Of a stretch of 64,000 nucleotides of DNA, positions 1 to 8,849 are shown in pieces. The translations under genes were made by a program, and so were the position numbers. Each line of letters starts with the position of its first letter. The first letter of the stretch is position 1. Origin of the DNA: a virus (lineage: Duplodnaviria; Caudoviricetes); the IMG/VR virus record IMGVR_UViG_3300015615_000196, positions 298,604 through 362,603 of that record; one strand, written 5' to 3'. The notes below the pieces were generated by a model, which had not been told where the DNA came from, did not search any database, and saw nothing but the letters and a program-made list of their open reading frames with translations.

Positions 1-18
1 CCGCTAAACTAAGTACCC
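1..18 (-). tRNA. 5' fragment of a tRNA gene, truncated by the window edge
   Basis: Minus strand reads GGGTACT-TA-GTTT-AGCGG: acceptor 5' strand, U8-A9 and start of the D-arm, with the same D-arm start as the tRNA at 618-689. Identity cannot be determined. Confidence 0.55.
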
Positions 19-265
19 GTTTTCGGGAAGGTTCGGAGTTCCACACGAACCTCTCCATACCTAATTCTGAATGTCGTGTGCGCTTCACAGCTACTCCCCT
101 TGGATTAATGGTTTTCGATGGCCAATGGCTCCCCGCACAACGAGTACAAAACTTCAAACGGTATGGCGCATTCATACTATGCTACCTTTCCCTGACACAA
201 CTTCACGCACTGCGTAACCAATGCATCATGGCCGATTTACGTCAACCACTTCGAAGTTATGTTTG

Positions 266-377
266 TGGGAAGGGATGGACTTGAACCACCAACCTCTCAG
301 CTTTGCGATCTGTAAAGATGCATACCATTGCATTTGATTTCCGCATCACTGAGTTCTCTAACTTGAGATACCTTCCC
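266..377 (-). ncRNA. tRNA-like RNA with a 48-nt structured insert replacing the anticodon loop
   Basis: Minus strand: acceptor GGGAAGG/CCTTCCC, D-arm TCTC-AAGTTA-GAGA, anticodon stem CTCAG/CTGAG enclosing 48 nt (301-348), T-arm GGTGG-TTCAAGT-CCATC. No encoded CCA. Confidence 0.75.
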
Positions 378-381
378 ATTT

Positions 382-511
382 CAGGAGCGTCATGCGGTCA
401 TTGATTGTGTGGAGGCTTTAGCCTAATTTCGATGCATGAACACCTCACCACTAAAACATTTCTGCGTTTCAATCAACAACCCTTTCTCCTGACCTTTTAT
501 ACTGCTAAACA
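382..511 (-). ncRNA. candidate structured ncRNA between tRNA genes
   Basis: Closing stem CAGGAG/CTCCTG, a 12-bp stem GGTTGTTGATTG/CAATCAATGACC with G-U pairs that favour the minus strand, and an internal AGGC-TAAA-GCCT hairpin. No credible ORF. Confidence 0.45.
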
Positions 512-617
512 TCACCGATGTGTTCATTCCATAACAGATACTGTTGCTCGATCAAAGACTTGGTTTAGTGCCAAAATTGCTCGACAGTACTCGATGTCTG
601 TACAGTTGGATTTCTTG

Positions 618-689
618 CGCGGATACCCGGATTCGAACCGAGGTCAAGGGATTTAGAGTCCCCTGTTCTGACCACTAAACTATATCCAC
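618..689 (-). tRNA. amber suppressor tRNA, anticodon CUA
   Basis: Cloverleaf on minus strand: GTGGATA/TATCCGC acceptor, GTTT-AGTGGTCA-GAAC D-arm, GGGGA-CTCTAAA-TCCCT anticodon arm (CTA at 656-654), CTCGG-TTCGAAT-CCGGG T-arm, discriminator G, no encoded CCA. Confidence 0.9.
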
Positions 690-699
690 GTATGTTCCT

Positions 700-726
700 T
701 TATACGAAAAAAGGGGACGCAAGGTT
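700..726 (-). promoter_or_regulatory. phage promoter AACCTT-N14-CGTATAA driving the tRNA/ncRNA cassette
   Basis: Matches a motif recurring 17 times upstream of genes in this window; lies about 10 nt upstream of the tRNA 5' end. Confidence 0.7.
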
Positions 727-732
727 GTTACC

Positions 733-936
733 TTACTCCCCTTTATTTTCAATTTTTTCTCCGATCTCCGTGATCATGAGCGTCATCAAAATGCCGAAGC
801 TATACCACGATTGAAGTACAGTTTTGAAGAATACTTCGTTATCAGGTTCAGTCTTCTCGACAATTGAAATTCCTTTCAATGCACCAGCAGTTGCAAATAC
901 ACCTGCGAGATAAATACCAAATAATGTCCACCACAT
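733..936 (-). CDS. small membrane protein
   Basis: Two hydrophobic segments; TTTATTTGCA host-type element upstream. Confidence 0.55.
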   Translation of the reverse strand: MWWTLFGIYLAGVFATAGALKGISIVEKTEPDNEVFFKTVLQSWYSFGILMTLMITEIGEKIENKGE

Positions 937-1131
937 AGTAATGCAAATAAAGGGAAAATTTTAGTCAATAGCAACCTTTTGACGGCAAGCGTTTTTGTTG
1001 GCTTTCTTCTTCTTGTCGGTTGTTACCATCGGTTTAGGCATACGGTTCGTCTCACGGCTAACTCGTTTAGCCATTTTAAGACGATCCATGTTCGTTATTT
1101 TGTATGTCTTTGCCATTGTGGTAATAAATAC

Positions 1132-1458
1132 TTACTCGGTGAGTGCTTCGTAGCGTTGACGAATGACTGCCGAATCACGTTTGATCAGTAGTTCATTCTG
1201 TACGTATAACCGAAGATAAATTGAGTCGATGATATTTTGTTTCATGCCCTTGCACTTGTACAGGTCAAGAGTTACTGAACTTTTTTCAATGCGAGAGATA
1301 CGAGCCAAATTCATGATTTGGTAGTCCTTGAGAATATCTTTGAGAACCATTTCGTGATTGGCTGCTTTTAAATCACGAACGCTGAGAGCAAGTTGCGTAG
1401 TGCTGGTGGCTAAGGCCACAACGACTAAAAAAATGACGATTTTGAACGAATTTTTCAT
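1132..1458 (-). CDS. hypothetical protein with N-terminal signal/TM segment
   Basis: Hydrophobic N-terminus; AAC..CGTATA promoter variant at 1464-1490 (minus). Confidence 0.55.
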   Translation of the reverse strand: MKNSFKIVIFLVVVALATSTTQLALSVRDLKAANHEMVLKDILKDYQIMNLARISRIEKSSVTLDLYKCKGMKQNIIDSIYLRLYVQNELLIKRDSAVIRQRYEALTE

Positions 1459-1769
1459 TTGAGTATATACGCAAAATTATTTGTTTTGTTGCGCAAAAGC
1501 CCTATTTTTACAGAAATTATTTTTAGCATGGATGCACTAACACAAAAAGCATATCTTGTCGGAGTTCATCGACACTCATATAGAGCGGGAGAAGTTGCAG
1601 AAATCATTGCAGTGAAATGGGCGAAGCCAACAGGACACGATTGGAGACTCGTGTATGAGGTTCAATTTTTTGATGGTGACACCGATCTAATTCCGTACCT
1701 TGATGTTGAAGGTGGTAACGCAGTAATCATTTCCGATCTGGAATTATCTCAAGGGAAAATTCCAGAAGT

Positions 1770-2456
1770 TTGTCAGTAAAAGAGAAGCACACTGAGAAGT
1801 CGATGCTCAAAGCAGTCCACAATTATTTTTCAGGTGATTATAAGTACTGCTTGAAGAATTCATTTGTGTTCAGACATGATTGGGAGTCGGATTACTTTTG
1901 TGTGAATAGGGAAGGATACGCATACGAGATTGAAGTGAAGATCAGCAAGAAAGACTTCAAACTCGATTTTAAAAAGGAGAAGCATAAACTGTTTGAGGAT
2001 TACTCGGCAGTACAGAAGGGAAGGCTCACACCGAACAGATTTTACTATGCTGTTCCAAAAGACCTACTTACTGAGGAAGACATTCCGAAATATGCTGGTC
2101 TGATATATGTGGATGGGTCACACATGAACATAGTGAAACGTGCACCATTCATACACAAGACCAAGCACGATTATCGGAAAATACTTTGTGATAAGTTCTA
2201 CTACCAGTTGCTTGCTAAGAGAAAGGAACTGAACATCATAGAGTATGACAAAGAGTCGTTGGAAAAGAAAATTCAGAACTTTTGGATTAATTCTTTTACC
2301 TTTGAGAAACAATCTTGGGAGATTCTGTCGATTGACTTCAAGAACAAGAAGGTAACAGGAGAATCGATGCCATACTACGATAAGCACAATCACTACAAAT
2401 TGGTGAAAGGTGAGGAAGTGAGAGAATTTGATTTTAAGGACGTAAAATTTAAATGA
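1770..2456 (+). CDS. PD-(D/E)XK nuclease, MmcB-like
   Basis: WESD...YEIEVKISKKDFKLD..K motif followed by NRFYYAVP. Confidence 0.6.
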   Translation: MSVKEKHTEKSMLKAVHNYFSGDYKYCLKNSFVFRHDWESDYFCVNREGYAYEIEVKISKKDFKLDFKKEKHKLFEDYSAVQKGRLTPNRFYYAVPKDLLTEEDIPKYAGLIYVDGSHMNIVKRAPFIHKTKHDYRKILCDKFYYQLLAKRKELNIIEYDKESLEKKIQNFWINSFTFEKQSWEILSIDFKNKKVTGESMPYYDKHNHYKLVKGEEVREFDFKDVKFK

Positions 2457-3781
2457 TGGAAAAAGTAACATTCAAATACGAAGGAGAGGACATTACAATT
2501 GAGTTGACAGACGAGTTCGCAAGAGCGCACGAATTGCTTGAAACCACTGATGAAAGTTTTTTCATAACTGGAAAGGCAGGAACTGGTAAATCAACTTTGC
2601 TCAAGTACTTTCGTTCTCAAACCAAAAAGAATGTTGCTGTTGTTGCTTTCACTGGTCTCGCTGCAATTAACGTAGACGGACAAACAATCCATTCGTTCTT
2701 TGGATTCCCAATTGGTTTCATTCATCCTAATGCAATCAAGTTCAATGATGAACTTCAATATTTGCTTAGGACATTAGATACCATTGTAGTTGATGAAGTG
2801 TCAATGCTTCGTGCAGACTTGATGGATGCAATGGATAAGTCTCTTCGTATTCATCGTGGTGTTACCAAACCTTTTGGTGGTGCACAAATGATTTTCATAG
2901 GTGACTTGTACCAATTGCCACCTATTGTAGAGAGAGACTTGACTGACGTATATGGCAAGTACTACAAGACCCCGTATTTTTTCAGTGCAGACGTTTTCTC
3001 GCACATGAGACTCCCGTATATTAATCTTGAAAAAATACATCGTCAGAACGATCCTGAGTTCATCGGTATTCTGAATGCGATTCGTGAAAGAAGGGATTTG
3101 ACTCCGGCACTTAATCGTCTCAATCAAAATGTCTCATACGACTTCAATGATTTGAAGGCCGGAGAAACAGTGGTGCTTTCAACCACGAACGAAAAGGTTA
3201 GAGAAATCAACAATTTCTTTCTTGACAATCTAAACGTTCAAGCGTATTCCTTTGCAGCAAACATCGGTGGTGACTTCGATCCCAAGTCGTATCCCACAGA
3301 GGAACGTTTGTATTTGAAGGAAGGTGCAAAGGTCATGTTCGTGAAAAACGATCCTGACAAATATTTTGTAAATGGTGACATTGGTATTGTAACAAAACTC
3401 ACTCCATTTTCAATTGAAGTGAAAGTGAAGGGAAGTACGTTGGTCGTGAAGAAACAGAAGTGGGAAAAAATTAAATACAAATACGTTCCTTCTGATCAAG
3501 AAGGTGAACGTGGATCGGTTCAGAAAACCATCGTTGGTTCATTCGAACAGTATCCTCTACGTCTTGCATGGGCGATCACCGTACACAAAAGTCAGGGTCA
3601 GACATACAACAAAGTTTTCATTGACTTGCATACTGGTAGCTTCACTTCTGGTCAAACGTATGTGGCACTTTCACGCTGCAAAACCCTTGACGGCATCAAA
3701 TTGCAACGGCCAATTCGGGAGAGCGATGTCATTCTGGATCAGCGCATTACGGAGTTCGCGAGAACCTTCCAGAGTATGTAA
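2453..3781 (+). CDS. PIF1/RecD-like SF1B DNA helicase
   Basis: Walker A GKAGTGKS, VDEVSM, GDLYQLPP, HRQ, QYPLRLAWAITVHKSQGQT, GQTYVALSR. Confidence 0.92.
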   Translation: MMEKVTFKYEGEDITIELTDEFARAHELLETTDESFFITGKAGTGKSTLLKYFRSQTKKNVAVVAFTGLAAINVDGQTIHSFFGFPIGFIHPNAIKFNDELQYLLRTLDTIVVDEVSMLRADLMDAMDKSLRIHRGVTKPFGGAQMIFIGDLYQLPPIVERDLTDVYGKYYKTPYFFSADVFSHMRLPYINLEKIHRQNDPEFIGILNAIRERRDLTPALNRLNQNVSYDFNDLKAGETVVLSTTNEKVREINNFFLDNLNVQAYSFAANIGGDFDPKSYPTEERLYLKEGAKVMFVKNDPDKYFVNGDIGIVTKLTPFSIEVKVKGSTLVVKKQKWEKIKYKYVPSDQEGERGSVQKTIVGSFEQYPLRLAWAITVHKSQGQTYNKVFIDLHTGSFTSGQTYVALSRCKTLDGIKLQRPIRESDVILDQRITEFARTFQSM

Positions 3782-4496
3782 GCAACTTTTTTCGATTTTT
3801 TCCGTATATTTGGTTCTGTAAACTACACCATTATGGGACGTGTTATTTCTTGGATTCTTTTGGTGATTATTATGATCTGTTTCTTTTTAATGCTAACAAA
3901 ATGAAACACGATTTGAACGATCAACAAGACCCGTTGCAAGCCCTGACTGAATTTTTAAAAAGTCCAGAGGGCAAGGCATCTATTGCTGCCTTTGCACAGG
4001 AGTTAGTCAACAAAGACAACATCAAAGCATCCCAATTGGCAAGATTCAATGAGAGACTTGAAAAGGGTACTTTGGAATTTGCTTCGGTTGTCGAACGAGT
4101 TTTGGAAAAATACAACTCTGACAAGTACAGAGACCATTGGTATAAGGCAGGTTATGAACCGCCTGAACCGTTGTGTTTCTTTCTCTTTTACTATGCTGAA
4201 AAGTATGGACGTGAGTGTACGAAGAAAGAGTGGAAGAAATTTGCGAATATGTTCACGGGTGACCTGTACTACTACGGAGGTTACTATTTCAATTTGATGC
4301 ACGGACAAGGATCAGTGGTACATATCACACACGAGAACGATGAAAAGTGATGGACGGTTTATACGAGATATTGCAATCATACTGGTAATCGGTATTGGTT
4401 ATCAATATCCGTTCAATAGCTGGCAGTATAATGTGAGTGTGTTCGTAAGCGGTTGTGTTTTCGTATACACTCTTTATCGAATTTTAATGTGGCTCA

Positions 4497-5129
4497 ATGC
4501 TAAAGGAAATAATTTCAAAGACGAAACTAAAGGACACTGATCTAATTGCGGTCTACCCATACGGTTCAAGAGTATACGGAACTGCAAGAAAGAATTCGGA
4601 CTATGATTTTATTGTCGTTACTCCAAAGAAAACCAACGAGCAATATTCAGACAAGTTGATCAACATCAACTTCTACACCCCGGAAGAGCATCAGAATCGT
4701 TTGAACGAGCATGAAATTTCTGCTCTGGAATGTTACTTCTTACCACAAGAACAAGTTTTGTTCGATTGCTTTCATCCATTGAATAGAACACCACGAGTAA
4801 AGCCATTCACCTTCAAACTTGATTTGAATACACTTCGTCATTCGTTATCGGCAAAGTCATCGAACAGTTGGGTCAAGGCGAAAAAGAAACTTACTGTCGA
4901 GAAAGACTACGACATTGATCTTGGACGAAAGAGTCTTTTCCATTCATTCCGAATCATCGAATACGGAAAACAAATTGCCGTACATGGAACGATTGTAAAC
5001 TATTGTTCCTGCAATGATCTCTTCAATGAAATTATGAACTGTTACACTTGGGATCAGATGTTTGATGGTTTCAAGGAACGTTACAATAAGTTGTGCACTG
5101 AATTTAGAATCTTAGCCCCGAAAGAATGA
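4497..5129 (+). CDS. Pol-beta-superfamily nucleotidyltransferase
   Basis: YGSRVYGT...SDYD (GS-x-DxD) motif. Confidence 0.75.
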   Translation: MLKEIISKTKLKDTDLIAVYPYGSRVYGTARKNSDYDFIVVTPKKTNEQYSDKLININFYTPEEHQNRLNEHEISALECYFLPQEQVLFDCFHPLNRTPRVKPFTFKLDLNTLRHSLSAKSSNSWVKAKKKLTVEKDYDIDLGRKSLFHSFRIIEYGKQIAVHGTIVNYCSCNDLFNEIMNCYTWDQMFDGFKERYNKLCTEFRILAPKE

Positions 5130-6127
5130 CATCAATTTTAGTAACTGGTGGAGCCGGATTTATCGGTTCAAATTTCATACCGTTCATGCTTAACAAGTAT
5201 CCGTCTGAATACAGCATCGTTAATTTGGATGCGTTGACGTATGCGGGTAATCTTGAAAACTTAAAGGAGGTTGAAAAACATCCGCATTACAATTTCGTTC
5301 ATGGCGACATACGTGATCGTGCAATGGTGAAAGATATTTTCAGACACTACAGATGTCGTGCAGTGATCCATTTTGCTGCCGAGTCACACGTTGATAATTC
5401 AATCACAGGGCCGGAGGCTTTCATCACTACAAACGTATTGGGTACGTTTACACTACTCGATGTTGCAAAAGAAATGTGGAAGGATGCGAGAGGATACAAT
5501 CCAAGATTTTTACACATATCAACAGATGAAGTGTATGGTAGCTTGGGTGAGACTGGACTTTTTACCGAGAGAACACCCTACGCACCGAATAGTCCATATT
5601 CTGCATCGAAGGCTTCCAGCGATATGATTGTTCGTAGCTATCATCATACCTACGGGCTGGATGTGGTGACGACAAATTGCTCGAACAACTACGGCCCAAA
5701 GCAGCACAAGGAAAAACTAATTCCTACAATCATTCGATCAGCATTGGCAGGAAAAGAAATACCCATCTATGGTGATGGTAAAAACGTAAGAGACTGGTTG
5801 TATGTTGGTGATCATGTAAGAGGAATTAACACTGCCTTCCATCTTGGAAAAGCAGGTGAGACATATAACATTGGTGGGAAGAACGAGAAAACGAACAACA
5901 TGATTGCCAAGCAAATTTGTGATGTGCTTGACCAATACTATCCAAGACCAGACCGTAAGTCCTATTCAGAACAAATCACATACGTGGCAGATCGTGCAGG
6001 ACATGACAGACGATACGCAATAGATGCCACCAAGATCACTTCAAAATTGGGATGGGCTGCTGATGTAGATTTCGAAGACGGAATTAAGAAAACCGTCCAG
6101 TGGTACGTCAAACAGCTTATAGGGTAA
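5126..6127 (+). CDS. rfbB: dTDP-glucose 4,6-dehydratase
   Basis: TGGAGFIG, DALTYAGN, HFAAESHVDNSI, STDEVYG, YSASK, NCSNNYGP, RDWLYV, DRAGHDRRYAID. Confidence 0.95.
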   Translation: MTSILVTGGAGFIGSNFIPFMLNKYPSEYSIVNLDALTYAGNLENLKEVEKHPHYNFVHGDIRDRAMVKDIFRHYRCRAVIHFAAESHVDNSITGPEAFITTNVLGTFTLLDVAKEMWKDARGYNPRFLHISTDEVYGSLGETGLFTERTPYAPNSPYSASKASSDMIVRSYHHTYGLDVVTTNCSNNYGPKQHKEKLIPTIIRSALAGKEIPIYGDGKNVRDWLYVGDHVRGINTAFHLGKAGETYNIGGKNEKTNNMIAKQICDVLDQYYPRPDRKSYSEQITYVADRAGHDRRYAIDATKITSKLGWAADVDFEDGIKKTVQWYVKQLIG

Positions 6128-6929
6128 TATCGTCACGGTCGATCTCCGCACCCTTATCAATCAATACGGAGATTTGGCTTACAACGTTATCCATTTCATC
6201 ATACGACTCGTAGATTTTGTCAATGATGAATTTCATTTCATCATCACGTCTTTGACCATTGAGTTCAAGAATAAGGATATTCATCAAGCCTTTCAATCGG
6301 CTCAATGGCGCATTGAGTAGATGTGAATTTATGAAGCCGTATTCAATGAACTTTTCGTTTTTCTTTTTGATGATTTCTTGAAGTTGTTCGTTGTGAACTT
6401 TGATTCTATCAGCATACTCGTTGAGTTTCTTCAAGTCTTCATTTCTCTTGCTCGATATGTAGGCAATACTGATTACCTGAGAAACATCACTACCAAATTT
6501 TACATCTTCCTTTGTCCAGCTATAGTGCTTACCAGTCTTACCAAAGAATACCATACCGTATTGTACTCCATCTACGTAGATGGGGATTTGAAGTATTGAC
6601 TTGATATTCTCTTTGTCAAAGTGTTCGTAGAATTCGTAAGTGAACTGACTGTTGTAAACATCGTTGGCCACAATGACACGCTTTTCAAGTAGTGCTTTTG
6701 TGTATGAGGGATACTGATCTAAATCAAAAGAGAAGTTGCAATCGAAATCGAAAGACTTTTCCTGATACTTAAATTGGCAGCTTAAAAAATGCTCGTGGAA
6801 TTTCCATACCGTTAAACGGTTGATTTTCATTCCATCGAATGCAATTTTCGAGATTTCGATCAGCGACTGCTTAAATCCTAAATTCTGTACTTTCCTGCTG
6901 AGTTCTAAAAAAATATTTTCGCTGACCAT
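6117..6929 (-). CDS. GAF domain plus HisKA-like helical domain, no HATPase domain
   Basis: GAF features (YPSYTKAL, IVANDV, IKSILQIPI, WTKED), coiled coil, H-box-like FINSHLLNAPLSRLKGL; the protein ends without an ATP-binding domain. Confidence 0.7.
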   Translation of the reverse strand: MVSENIFLELSRKVQNLGFKQSLIEISKIAFDGMKINRLTVWKFHEHFLSCQFKYQEKSFDFDCNFSFDLDQYPSYTKALLEKRVIVANDVYNSQFTYEFYEHFDKENIKSILQIPIYVDGVQYGMVFFGKTGKHYSWTKEDVKFGSDVSQVISIAYISSKRNEDLKKLNEYADRIKVHNEQLQEIIKKKNEKFIEYGFINSHLLNAPLSRLKGLMNILILELNGQRRDDEMKFIIDKIYESYDEMDNVVSQISVLIDKGAEIDRDDITL

Positions 6930-7469
6930 TGTGACTTTCTTTCACTGATAAATACACTTTTTGGCCCAATTGCCAGACTATTTTCATGATAACTTAATTA
7001 AATTTTGAACTTTTTTCAGTAGATTTGTGGTTATGGAAATGTATTTATCAGTGGAAGAAAATTCCACGAGACCTATGTTTTTAGAACCTCAAGAATTGAG
7101 GATTGGCAACTATATCAACTACGAAAATACTACACACGTAGTAGCTGAACTTCACAAAGAGAAAATCATCCATTTCTGGATCAATTCTGGTCACGATGGT
7201 TACGTCACCACATACAATCAAGTACAGGCTATCCCTCTCACAACGAGAGAGATTCTCGATTTTGGATTCGAAGAAGACTTTGATCGAGTAAAGTATTTCG
7301 AAGGATACTTCGATAATAACGGTATGTGTATCGAACACGATGGAGATAATTTTTGGTTGTGCCAGCATCGTGATGAAGATGAAGTAGTAAGAATCGCAGT
7401 AGTTGATGATGTACACGAATTGCAGAATTTGTACTACCACATCACAGGAAAAGAACTGACCTACAGCTA

Positions 7470-7709
7470 ATGGTTTACACTGATCGAGTTCATATGATCG
7501 CAACTACGATTGAAGAACTGCATGAGTTTGCAGGAAGCATTGGACTGAAAAGATGTTACTACCGAAACCCAAGAAAGAAACGTCACCCTCATTACGACTT
7601 GATGAATGAACGCATCCGAACAGCAGCAATCGAACACGGTGCAAAATTGGTAACAGATCGTACCATTGTAACATTGTGTCGCAAATTTTACGGGGAAAGG
7701 CTCCTGTAA
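7470..7709 (+). CDS. DUF4031-like small protein
   Basis: VYTD..HMIA...ELHEFA..IGL...HPHYDL...AIEHGA pattern. Confidence 0.7.
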   Translation: MVYTDRVHMIATTIEELHEFAGSIGLKRCYYRNPRKKRHPHYDLMNERIRTAAIEHGAKLVTDRTIVTLCRKFYGERLL

Positions 7710-8012
7710 AATAGGAAATACGATTATTTATGATAAATTTGTTGTGCCTGAGCAGTCAGGATTAACCTTATTTAAGTTTTCGACCATGAGTCGTTCAAGA
7801 AAAAAGGAAGCAGTCTATAAAGACCCATCCAACACCAAAGGCAAGAGATTTGCCAATAGAAAATTCAGACGTAGAATCAAGCAAGCCGTTCACAATGAAG
7901 ACGAAACCATGCCTGTCATTGATGAAGTAATGAATCAATACGACCTTGTTGATTTCAAATTCAGAGCGGTGAAGGAACGTGATAAGGAGTACTACGATAA
8001 GGTGAAAAGAAA

Positions 8013-8849
8013 ATGAAGGAAAAACTAAAGCTGTGGTATGAGAAGATAGTGCGACTTTATGATAGTGCGATTGTTCTAAACGCCACACTATTCATAATTC
8101 TTTCTACTATCGTATTCGGTTTTAGTTACCAGTACTTTCACAACAACCCAACCGAATTTTTTGAAGAGTTTCTTTTCGCATCCTATGGTATGATTCTCGA
8201 CATTGCAGTAATTGGTATATTGATTACTTGGATTACGGAGAGAAGAGAAAAGAAGTATCGCATTCAGTCATATATGAATGAGATCGATGACTTTAGAAGT
8301 TGGGTATCAGAAGAATCGATGTTTCGAACCGTAGGTAACATCAAAAGATTAAATAAGAATTCGATCACCGAAATGAATCTCGTGGATTGTACACTCCGTA
8401 ACATCAACCTGAACTATGCAGACCTTACGTCATCTAATTTAAATTCTGCTGATATTTCTAATTCAACATTGATCGGAGTCAGACTGAACAATTGCAGAAT
8501 GAACCAGACTAACTTTGAAAATAGTAACCTTAATCAGGCAGAACTCAAGAGTGCGTTTGCAACAGGTTCTAATTTTAAAGACAGTTATTTGATCAAGTCT
8601 GATTTTAGCAAAGCGTATTTGATCAAAGCAAATTTTGAAAACGCATTCTTGATTGAGGCAAATATGAACGGAGCAATTGTCTCCGATGCAACATTCAAAA
8701 ATGCAAGTCTATACAAAGCTGATTTAAGAAATGCTGTTGGCCTTAAAGCCGAACAACTCATAAATGCCAAGAGTCTGTATTTAACTAAACTTGATCCAGA
8801 AATTGAGGTAGAATTAAAAAGGGTAGCCCCTCATTTACAAAATGCTTAA
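8013..8849 (+). CDS. membrane-anchored pentapeptide-repeat protein
   Basis: Two N-terminal TM helices followed by A(D/N)(L/F)xx repeats (ADLTS SNLNS ADISN ... ANFEN AFLIE ANMNG). Confidence 0.85.
   Translation: MKEKLKLWYEKIVRLYDSAIVLNATLFIILSTIVFGFSYQYFHNNPTEFFEEFLFASYGMILDIAVIGILITWITERREKKYRIQSYMNEIDDFRSWVSEESMFRTVGNIKRLNKNSITEMNLVDCTLRNINLNYADLTSSNLNSADISNSTLIGVRLNNCRMNQTNFENSNLNQAELKSAFATGSNFKDSYLIKSDFSKAYLIKANFENAFLIEANMNGAIVSDATFKNASLYKADLRNAVGLKAEQLINAKSLYLTKLDPEIEVELKRVAPHLQNA

Noticed and set aside
520-617. Theta (HDV-like) ribozyme after the suppressor tRNA
   Set aside because: I could not find the nested double pseudoknot or the conserved L3 motif at the tRNA 3' end.
78-656. Plus-strand ORFs 78-284 and 405-656
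   Set aside because: They overlap minus-strand tRNA elements and are not protein-like.
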